Assembly (NCBI GenBank): GCA_051294905.1
Contig: CM119372.1
Span: 2,048,001 to 2,112,000 of the forward strand
Length of the DNA: 64,000 nt
Source of the DNA: Botryllus schlosseri
Lineage: Eukaryota
Reading direction: 5' to 3'
Part shown: positions 24,209-36,200 of the stretch, in pieces
How the letters are laid out: each line of letters starts with the position of its first letter
Position numbering within the stretch: position 1 is the first letter of the stretch
Program-made: the position numbers and the translations under genes
Notes under the pieces: model-generated
What the model was told of the DNA's origin: nothing
Databases searched by the model: none
Seen by the model: only the letters and a program-made list of their open reading frames with translations

Positions 24209-27200
24209 TTATAACTCATCGTAATACTGCAGCCGTTGTTGCGGTGTCGAGTCTTGCGACTGTAAAAATAATCACGACATTAGCCGGCCGGCGACGTGGC
24301 GGAAAATTAGCGGCTCACCAGATTCTTGGCGGGGTATTTCGCGGAGCCTTTTACAGTGTTTTCCGTACGCGAATGCTCGTAGGTAGTTGTTTTATCGTCG
24401 ACTTTCAAGTCTTCGATTTCGGACTTCAAAGCCGCCAACTGTAGTTCGATGTGGCGTGACTTGGCTTGATACTCAACTCTGAAAATATGAAAGGATAATA
24501 ATAAGATTATATTATTAATATAATATCTTAATCCAGGGTATAATGACGGCGCAAAAAGCGCTACCAAAGGGGTTATAAACTTGAAGAGAACATTGTCGGT
24601 ACTCGAGTAGAAGTAGGTATATTCAAGTAAGTAAAAAAGTATTTCAGTCCCAATTTTCCGTAAATATACTGGAAACTGCGAAGTAGCAGCAGTCTCAAAT
24701 CATAACATGGCACTCGAGTAGAATTTAAGTCGTAAATTTATATCTTCCACTCAAGTAGAAACAGAAATAGCGAAGTGAAGTGACCTACTACTGTACTGAC
24801 CATCAGAACTAGAAAATTCACAGAATTTCTGAATTACATTAAAATCACAACAAGAGCTGAACAGTTTTTTCTTCCAAATTAGATTAGAGATATCAGGTTG
24901 AATTAAAAATCGATTCATAAAAACTTGAAAATCGAATTTAACCCGCATTAGAAAGACATGCAACAAAAATCAAGATAAGTTCACATCGAATACGACTTTA
25001 TTCTCGTCGTGAGTATCGCAAATGTCTGTACAGCAAGCCAGGCCCTACATTTCTCCTGTAGTATTCTCAGGAGAACCAGAGATAAGACTAGAATTAAAAA
25101 AAGAGCATAGAAGTAGATTACGGGCATTTCACTCTAACGCTTCACTGGACAATAGGAATTATCTCCAAAAACCTTTCTTTCTCTATCTCCTGCGTCAGCT
25201 GCTGCATGATATTAGTCGTGATCTGGTTCTGCGGATTCCCCGTCATATCGCCCGACGTTTTCGGGCTATGTTCGTAAGCAACACCGGCGCTTGCGTACAA
25301 CGGCGCTGATCCGTTCGCAGGTGCCGTCAGCGGCGCCACAGTCACGCTCTGCACGATGTTGAGATGATGGGGCGTGATCTGCGTGCTGTTATGGTCTGAC
25401 GAGCCGGAGCTGTTATGGTTATGGTGATAGTGAGCCGTGTTCGGGGGTAGGATTGAGTTTGTAGGCGTTGAAGTCTTCGGATGGCCCGCGCCTGTAGGGT
25501 AGATGTAATTTGCTCCGCTGTTTTCTTGGGAGTTTGAATGCTGAAAATAGGAAGACGATGTCATTTTCCGGTGACTACTCGCAATTAAGACCAAATAGCA
25601 GCACACAATATATTACTCATGTTGCCAAATTTATTTCGCTCAAAGTTTTACGGCTGACTCTCATCAGGAGCGGACGTCAGTAAATGAGGCAAACCTCGAA
25701 ATACAGAAAGAATTTTGGAAATACCGGTATTCACAATGGGTAGTTCTATAATAAATATTTAAAGAATTCGGCAGATATTCAAAAGACACGGCATCTAGCT
25801 TGCTAAAATTTCGAGCCAAGCTTGGAGTGAGACTACAGCTTTATTTCTTGTATTTCTTCCTAAGTCAGAATCGATTTCAATTTCCAAATTTTTCGCCGAT
25901 TCCATAACACTAATCTAATTCCGAAAAGCTGCACATTTTCTAGATGTCCAACTCTGCACTGATACTTACCGAAGCGTGAACGATCATAGATAATTTTTCT
26001 TTGGCCTCAAGCTGCGCTTGCTTCGCTCTTCTCAGCTCCTCTCGGAGATTTTCCGCTTCCGATGCTCTGAAACAGAGTTATCATTCCGTTGGATAGGCCC
26101 TTCAATATCCAGAGTTTAGTGATACTGATATTTTTAAAGAGACGTACAGATGCCAGTTACACATTTCAAAGTCACTTGATTGCAAACCGCGTTTTTTTTT
26201 TCGCAAATAACATTTCAGAGAAGCAGATGTGTCGATGAGGCATTGATTGACAGCTTACTTGATCCTGGACTCCTCCTGAAGTTGGTTCGTGATCCTGTCG
26301 TAACTCGAAAGCTTCTGCTGCAGCTGAACGTTGGCTTGCTGAGTCTGAAATGTAAAAAAGATCTAATAACTACGCTTCTAGTGGTTGGAATTGAGCCAAA
26401 TTTGGTGTGCTTCATCTCTACCGACAGCCTAACAATTGCGTGGGGTCGGCAGAAAAATTTTGAAATTAATTTTTTTGTTTTTTAATCATGAATTCTAAAC
26501 TTTCTACTGCGAGAAACTAGCTTCCACTAACCTAACAATTTTATCAAGTAGCCAGTGAAATCTGAAGGAAATTTTTTTTCCAGCAGCCCTTCTACGCACG
26601 TTACCGGAAATGTCATATCTGTGAGGCCGTGTTCAACCATAGAGCATTGTCACAAAGTGCAATGAAATAGGTACGGTCGAAAGTGCGCTGAATTGTCTTT
26701 GATGTGATGTAGAGCTGGCATTTTGTTCTTTGCGGACGCAAAAAGGAATATATTTGAATTTTCTACACGATTCATACTGCAGTGACGTCGTAATGAGCGA
26801 TACTCGGACGCTCTACTTGACCCGAAGCCAAGACCATCAGCGTCGTATCACAGATTTCGTTGGGTTATTCAAAACTAAATCTTTGTTTTTAAATTTTTGG
26901 TATTCCAATTCATAGGATGCGACAGCACCTTGGCATCATACCAGGGTCGTAACCGAGTCACAAGTCAATCTCACTTTTATGGTTTTGACTCGAGTCAAGT
27001 CGAGTCATTTTCAATTCGCCGCCGAGTCAATTTCGAGTTCGAGTCTGCGAGCAGAGGGTCGAGTCCGAGCCACAGTATTGTGACTCGAGCCCGATTCCAA
27101 GTCATCGTGTTGACTGCTCAGTTTCCGGTTAAAGTCTTGTTAAACCCACTTTTTGGTGATATCGAATGGTTCCCGTTTTTAATATTGTAATTTTCCTCAC

Positions 27201-30200
27201 TTTTAGCAGTTTCTGGCCGCGTTTTCCGGCACCAGCACCAATAGACGAAATCCCAATAGCGTGGTTACTTTACTATCTTTCGAAATCACAATGAAATGTC
27301 GGTCTCGGCCGTCCGAGTCTCGAGTCACGTGACTTGGTTCGAGTCATGCGCAATGACTTGAGTCCAAAAAATAGTGACTCGAGTCGAGTCGTCACAACCC
27401 CGTGTCTTACTTTGTTGAATTCCGCGGTGACTCGCTGCGTTTCTTGCTCCGCGTGGGCGGCTTTCTTCTTGAGGAGCAGTGCTTCTTCCTCGGCGACCCG
27501 AGCCTTTTCGGACAACAATTCCGCGGTCTCTTCGGAACGATGCTGAAAATTGAATAGTATAATCATATCGAAATAAACCTGAATATTTTCGGCCGACACT
27601 CGTCAGGGGCAATCGTCAGCAACCGGTTTGAAAATTTTGAATTTACCCAAATTTTTCTTTCAACCCCGTGAAATTGTTGCGCCGTCTTCAAAAACGATGC
27701 AAAACAAATTCGACTCAATTCCGACCAGTAGAAGATTTTCATTGATAATTCTGGGATTATCCTCGATCGGTGGATAATTCCGGAATTATCATCGAAAAGC
27801 TCAAATAATTTCGCTTCTACGGGTTGGAATTGAGTCAAATTTGGTGTGAGTCCTTTTTAAGGCAGTACCTAACAATCAAATCAAACAGCCAGCAAGATTC
27901 AGTTGAAAGCCCTAATGCTCACCAAAGCCTCAAACGCAGCTTTGCTCTCTTCCTGAAGTTCTTTCAACCTGGAACGGTAAAAATACGGTTTGCACGCGTC
28001 ATGTAAAAATAGTACATTCAGTCTAAGGCAGGGGTTCTCAAACAGTGCGCTACAGGAGCATGTTCAGGTAGGCCCACGGAGCTATTTGGAAAATTGTAGA
28101 ATTGGTGAAAGTTTATTTGTTATGTTATTCGCTCAAAAATACATCCATGTTGTCGAATTATACGTAGGGTACACAAAGCTTTTCATCTGAATCTGATGAG
28201 ATGTAGTGGCCCATATGAGGTCACAATCGACAAGTCGGAATGGGGCGGCTTTTGTCTCCTGGCTATGACTACCTACGGCTAACAGCAACAAAAATAATTT
28301 CGATTATATAATAACTGGAAGTTCATACTGAAGTTTCCGAGTATTATGGCGGGGTTGTATGTCGCTGAAAAGGGTGTGCATTAAACTCGGGGTGAAGTGC
28401 ATTTGATATAGATTGACGGTACTTCGGCAGGTATTATTGTAGCATAAAAATAACCATAATTGCAATCTATTATTATCAATTATCGACTTCCTGTGGAAAT
28501 ATACGGCACCACCGCAACGCTTCGTAATGGATTGAGGATTCAGCGCAGCACAATAATCTTCGGAGTCCGGCCTTGAAATCGTTGTGCATGATGGTAAAGT
28601 CATTATGAATTGATTGTATCGTTGGATTGATGTCCTGACATCGTGATTTCAGTAGGCACAAGGCATACCGTGTACCACATTGCCAAGCTAGCCTATTTTA
28701 AAAATCTTTCTCCACTTCTTTATAGTATCCCATTCACCAAAGAATTGTTTGAAGCTGGCCCAGAACGGTTACATTATTCCGCACCATAGTGGAACTAAAC
28801 CCCGATCACACAGTGGAACAGCGGACAGCAACAATTTACACAAGAGGGCGCAACTGCAGCACCCTAAACCATTAATTGGGGGGAGCTCGAAGGGGCACAA
28901 AATTACTTCGTTGGCCGTTTATTGGATGGGATTTATTCAAGTTGAAAATTTCCTTAGACTAGACGTCTAGAGTTAAATATGATTAAACCTGGCGAGTGTC
29001 AGCCGAAAACAATCAGGCTTATTTCACCATGACCATACTATTGAAACTCACTTTTGTTCTAGCTCCTCTTTCTCCATCAGAATCCTTTGCCTTTCCTCGT
29101 TCTGCCTTCTACGTTCGACCTGTCAGTTTTTGTCGTAGTGGTCAACTTTGATAATCGACTCAAAGTAACATAACATAATTATATACTCCATTTACGAGTA
29201 GAAGCAGCCATTTCGAAGACGCGTCAAAACCGCGTCAACTGGGAGTAGAAAACGTCGGTATGAAACGTGCTCGAGTGGTTCAAAAAAGTGCAAGAGGAAG
29301 TAAATATTCCAAGTAAAAAGTAGGATTCTAGGCCTAGTTTTGCCTTGGAAATACTGAAAGCTGTAGAAGTAGAGCAGTCTCAAGTAGTCTCAAATCATAA
29401 GCACTTGACTAAGTGGCGAAAGTAGGAAAAACCTACTCAAGTGCTGCAAAGAGAACTTCCTTACTGGCCACCTTTGATCGAGCTATCGCGTTAGTCACAG
29501 ACCAGCGATGTAGCCAAAAGTCGCAAGGTTCCGAGTCACCAGTCACCAGACTTTCACAGTTTTGACTCGAGTCATTTTCAATTTGCAACGGAACCAACTA
29601 CGAGTCAACCTACTTTTTCAACTCTGCTCGAGTGATATAGAATGGCTCGCATTCATAATATAGCAATTTTCCCAAGTATTAACAGTTTCTGCCCTTCTTT
29701 TTCAAGTATCAGGACTGATAGACAAAATACCAATAATGTAACGACTTTACTGTCTTCGAAGTTACAATGAAACCTCTGTCTTGGCCGACCTAGTGTCGAG
29801 TCATATGACTTGGTTCGAGTCATGCACAGTGACTCGAGTACAAGTCGAGTCAATTTACGTAATTGTAAAAAATGACTCGAGTCACCAAAAAATCCAACCC
29901 CGACGCAGGCGTACCTGTTTCCTGGCTCGCTCGTCACGGGCCTGGCTTTTCATCTGCTGAATTTCCATGCTGTCTACTTTGCGTCTTTGCATGAACAAGT
30001 CGTGGTTACCGCGACAGAGATCGAGGATCTGAAAAACGGTCGAGAGTCACCGAACATCGTACGTGGCAGGCTTATACAAACTGCTCGATTTTCAAAATGA
30101 GCGACTATCACAACAATCTAAAACTACTCACTTTCAAAGACTCGCTACTTGAAGTAGACCTGCCATACAATTGAATTGTATATTCATATTGAAATGAACC

Positions 30201-33200
30201 CGAATATGGTCGGCTGACACTTATCAGGGGTCATCGTGTGTCAGTGTCAGTCAGAGTGTCAGCCGAAACTATTCGGGTTCATTTCGATATGAATATACTA
30301 TTCAGTTGTATATTGAAGTTCTGTGCCCCCAAGAAGCTCTTTCGAGCTACCGTACCAAGAAAAACATCTAAAAATAGTACATTGAGCTTGAGCGGTCTCT
30401 TGTGCCATGATTATTCAAAATTTTACTTCATATTTGGTGATACGATTATTGATATACGAAGTTCTTTCCAATTCTCGACTAGCTGCCGCCGATTACCCCT
30501 GACGAGTGTCAGCCGAAAAGATTCGGGTTCATTTCAATATCATTATACTATAGAAATTAAACATGGAACGGCAACGATCGATTTTGCAGCTTCGTTCCGC
30601 TTCGCCGAGGCTGGAGTGGAGAATTGTTTTGCGTAAGCGACTGTAGGATTTCTGGCAATCCAAAAGCTGTCGTCTCGAGCGCAGAAATTACTGAATCTGG
30701 TCTTGATCGAAAGCTACTGTTGCACCAATTCCGAAAATATAAATTAAAATAATGGTCAGGCACTGATCCACCTAGAATCCGTCCTCCAAGTCTGAAATAT
30801 CGGCATTGTTCAGAACAATCGGGTGACCGCAACACAATGGCCATAACAATGACCCGTTTGCAACCCTCCAATTGTTCGAACAATGCCGATATTTCAGACT
30901 TGGAGGACGGATTCTAGGTGGATCAGTGCCTGACCATTATTTTAATTTATATTTTCGGAATTGGTGCAACAGTAGCTTTCGATCAAGACCAAATTCAGTA
31001 ATTTCTGCGCTCGGGACGACAGCTTTTGGATTGCCAGAAATCCTACAGTCGCTTACGCAAAACAATTCTCCACTCCAGCCTCGGCGAAGCGGAACGAAGC
31101 TGCAAAATCGATCGTTGCCGTTCCATGTTTAATTTCTATAATTATACTATACAATTGTGGCTTTTCAAGTCTTGCACCACCCCTCCACGCTATCCCGGAA
31201 ATGCCGAGCGTCAAGCCGGGAAGCCGCCGATACCACTTCCACTGATTTACCAGCCGGGGATTGAACCCACGGCCTACTGAACGAGAATCCGAACGCTCCA
31301 CCATTACGGTGTTTTGTTGGCAATCAGCAGGGCAAGTTTTAGAAACTTTGCAACTTTTTTTACAGCTTCCGGCAGCTTCCTAAATAGTCGGAAGTTATGT
31401 AGAATGCAGTTATGAGCTGTCTGACGGAATCTTATAGTGCAACTTTTTGTAACTTTTGTCCAATTTTTCACTCAACTTTTTGCAACTTTTTCGATTTTTC
31501 ATGGAAGTTTTTTCGATTTTGCATGCAACCAACATTTCACTGGAAATATTTGGCAATTAGATCACTGTTTTTTGAGAATTTTGGTGAAATACACGGCCAA
31601 ATTCGACTGAAATGCCGGAAATCAGGTTGACCTTTTTCTCTTCTTTTTAGTCAACCAATGGAGAATGTGGATGGAAAAGTGTTTAACGGGAGCAGAACTG
31701 GAAAGTCACGCAACCAAAATCTGGTCTTTTGGCGCAACTTTTGAGAAAAATAAACGCAACTTTCCACGGATTTCACTGCAACAAAAACTTGCCCTAGTAA
31801 TGAGTAGTCCTATGGGCATAGCGTATATTTACAAAGGGGTCAAAAACATGCGTTGATCGAAACAACTCAACAAATACGTACCAATTTATTTTCCCCCGGT
31901 TCGTCATTAAAAAATATGAAGTCGTTATTGGTAATATCGATAACTCCGGCCGCCACAGATTCGTCGGTGGCGGAGGGTTGGTTCCGTCGCAGCGTCGCGC
32001 TTCTCGAAGGCGGGTTTTGTTTTATCGTGAACTTGTTGTCCTTGAAAAACATATCGCAAAGTTCGCTCCACTGGAAAGACACAATCGGATGGAGACGGTC
32101 GTCTTTGTGGTACACGGACATCGACACCGCGTTGATGCCCAGCCAGAGGCTCGTGTCGTTACGGTTCTGTAGAGGAAACGAATATTAAAACACTTGATTT
32201 CTTGAGGAATACACAGCTGGATAATATCTTCACCAGGGGTGTTCAAAAATGACTTTTTTTTTCCAATCGTACTGGCTACTCGATAAAATTGTTGGGTTAC
32301 CTAATTTAAGCCTACACACCAAATTTGGTTCAATTCCAGCCAGTGGAAGCGGAGTTATTGCCGTCGAAAAATTTGGATTATGAATAAAACAGTATTTACG
32401 GTGACCAATTCTTTAAATATTTCTTATAGTGGTCCCCAAAGGCCACCGTAAATACTATTTTATTCAAATCCACATTTTTCGACGGCAATAACTCCGCTTC
32501 TACTGGTTGGAATTGAACCAAATTTGGTGTGTAGGCTAAAATTAGGTAACCCAACACTTTCATGGGGTGAAAAGAAGATTTTCAATTTTTTTGTTATTCA
32601 TTTTTATATAATAAATAGAAACTCTCTTCTCCTGTAGCAATGCGGCTATTGGCTGGAATTGAACCGAATTTGCTGTGTAGGCTTAAATTAGGTAACCTAG
32701 CAATATTATCAAGTAGCCAGTGCGATTGGAGAAAAAAAGTCCTTTTTGAACACCCCTAATCTTCACATTGAAATAAACCCGAATATTTTCGGCTGACGCT
32801 CGTCAGGGGTAAAAGTCAGCAATTAGTAGAGATTTCAAAACAAGTTTGTACATCAATGATGATATATGATAACGATATTGCTGATATAGAAAGCCGTTTT
32901 CAATTCTCTGCTAATTGCTGATGAGGCTAGAGTGAGATAGCACTAATCCAATTGTACTCTAATTCGAACTTTAACCTAATAGACGCCATTTAAGGCAGGG
33001 TTGTAATGACTCGAGTCACGACTCAACTCGAGTCACGATTTTTTGCGTAAATTTGTGTCTTGACTCGACTTGTACTTGAGTCATTGTGTTCAAATCGAGT
33101 CGTATGACTCGAGGTCAGGACACTGTGATATTTCGCTCACTTTGATGCTAAAATATTGCACGCCGCACATTTCCAGACTCTGCGCGATTTTCAGATACTC

Positions 33201-36200
33201 TAGTTCCGCTTCATCCGAGGTCATTCCACGATGGCCTGTATACCTGAATTAAAAAATACCAACATATTTCAGTCGACATTCACCGAGACAAGACGTGTTC
33301 TTCAATCCGTAAATATTTGTATTGGAAAACGAACTATATCCACTTAAGAAGTACCATGTGAACATTCAGACTCAGACTCGAGTCAAAACACTACGACTCG
33401 ACTCGACTCGACCCGCTACTAGCCGACTTGTACTCGGACTTGACTCGGTGGTGAATTGAAAATGAATAGAATTGACTCGACTCAAACTATGAACGTGAGA
33501 TTGACTTGTGACTTGAAACCTTGTGACTTACAACCTTGGTGATATCGAAGGCCTCGGTCGCATTTGCATAACATACTGATTTTTCTCACTCACGTCAAAC
33601 ACATAAAACATAGTTTCTGAGCCTATTTTCCAATTATCGGTCCTGAGATTACGTGAGGCTTGAATCAGGTCAAAGACAATATCTCGAGTCATGCACAGCA
33701 CAATGCCTCGATTTCAAGTCTAGTCAAATTTTACATATTTAACAAAATGACTCGAGTCAAGTCGGCTCACTGAAAAATTACATCACGACTCGAGTCATTA
33801 CAACCCTGCTATACACGAACTCAAACATCCTTACCAAGAAGTAATTTTTTCTTCCCACATCGCTTCAGACATTTGAAACTGTCCGATAACGCTGCTGGGC
33901 AGCAAAGTTTTCGCGTTCATGAAACCAGGCGGGTGGACTTCGACGTCGTAGTCTCCGTACTAGAATCGGAAAACTTCATTTGAAATGCCTTTCAAGATGA
34001 CCGCAACATTACGTGTTTGAAATGATGCATTAAGCAATACTCATAGCAGGGCTGAGGGCAGCAATTTGAGAGCTCAATTGTAATGATTTTAGTGGTGTAG
34101 TGATACAAAAGTACACCCTTTCACACCACGAGTAGAATTTCAACAATTGAAAATACAGTTTCAATACTAAAGGGGCACCGCACTCTGAAAATGATGTGGT
34201 CTCAAATTGAAGGGCAAAACGGAAAAAAATCTGGCCGCAGCCGTTTTCTTCAGAACGCCAACTTAATGGAGCTGCAATTTATTGATATTTCCACAGGGTC
34301 TTCACGCTCCAGCAGTCACGCAGAGATCAAATTTTATATCGTTTACAGCCGATGTTATGAAGGAAATATGTCGTACACGCCAAGGTGGTTTAGATACCAC
34401 GTTCAACGGAAGATGTTCAGTCAGGAGAATAATGTCAAAATCGGGCCTAGCGCCTAGAGTATTCTTTTTCTTTAGGACAGAAATAGATCATGTCCTATTC
34501 TTATGTATAAAACATTGTTAGTACAATGTTCAACCTCTGCATGACTGCTGGAGCGTGAAGACCCTGTGGAAATTTCGATTAATTGCAGCTCCATTACGGT
34601 GGCGTTCTGAAGATAATGGCTGCGGCAAAATTTTTTTTTTCGTTTTGCCCTTCAATTTGAGACCACATCATTTTTAGAGTGCAGTGCCCCTTGGAGCCTC
34701 GAAACCTTGGTTAACTATATCTCAGCCTCGTCGAACATGTTGCACACAGACTTGAAAAGATAGATAACTAGCTTCCATCTTTGGAGAATCTACTGCAGTC
34801 GTTGTCAATACACATATATAAACTCACCTTGGCTTGGACAGCATATGAAGCAAGCAGAACGGACGCCTCTGGAGTACAATCCAAGTCTTCTGATAAAATC
34901 AGGTGCTGGATCTATCGGAGAAATGTTTAGTGACGGAATCAAGCTCAAAGGAATGAAAAAAGCATGTCCATTTGCGAAACTAAATCGCATGATTGACTTT
35001 AAAAATACAGCTGTTCAGGACACAGACTATGCCTGTACAGAAGGGGTGTTCAAAAATGACTTTTTTTCTCAAATCGTACTGGCTACCTGATAAAATTGTT
35101 AGGTTACGTAGTTCAAACCTGCACACCAAATTTGGCTCAATTCCAACCAGTGGAAGCGGAGTTATTGCCGTCGAAAAATTTGGATTTGAATGAAATAGGA
35201 TCAACGGTGGGCACACCTATAATAAATAATTAAAGAATTGGTCATCGCAAATACTATTTTGTCGATAATCCAAATTTTTCGACGGCTATAACTCCGCCTC
35301 GACTGGTTGGAATTGAGCCATATTTGGTGAACATCGTTTCTGTAGACAACCTAACACTTTCATGGGGTTAACAGAAAATTTTGAAATTTTTGTTTTATTT
35401 ATTTTTATATAATAAATAGAAATTCTACTCCAGTAGCACAGCGGCTACTGGCTGGAATTGAACCAAATTTGGTGTTTAGTCTAAAATTAGGTAACCTAAC
35501 AATTTTATCAAGTAGCCAGTACATTTTGAGGAAAAAAGTCATTTTCAACATCCCTACTGTACAGTGCACAGTGTACACTAGCGTTGTTCAAAAATAACTA
35601 TTTTTTTCCTATGAAATTGCTAATTTGTCAAATATAACTACGACGCATAACAAATCTGGCTCAATTCCAAGCCGTAGAAGCAAAGTTATTGGACTAGAAA
35701 ATTTCGAATTTGAAATCATAGTATTTACGGTGGGTAGTTCCATACTCGCAGCAGTACTTGATCACAATTACATGGAGAAGTATTCATGATTATTCGCACA
35801 CAATTACATTCACGATTGCGATGAGATTTTTTCACGAGAGAACATTTTATTCAACACGTGATGTCTTTCCCTTGTTAGATCACAAGAAATCCATTTCCCC
35901 ATTTTATTGCTGACGATTTCTCGCCCCATCAATTTTCATTTTAGCTACGACCCACGTTAACATGGTAGGCCTATACAAGAGGATGTCTGAGCGCAGACTA
36001 AAATTTTGAGCAAATAATCGCAAAATAACGATTGATGCCAGTTTAAGTGGGAACACAGCAAGCCTAAGATAAAATGAAATACTGCCCATAACATACAAAA
36101 GTTTTTTCTCCTAAAAACACTATACCTGCAATACCCTTAACACAAATATTGCCATCAAAAAAAATGATATGTAATGATGGATTTGATATTGAAATCATGA

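Noticed and set aside
30557..31304. Paired ORFs with identical peptides
   Set aside because: By-product of the fold-back MITE arms; no protein motifs.
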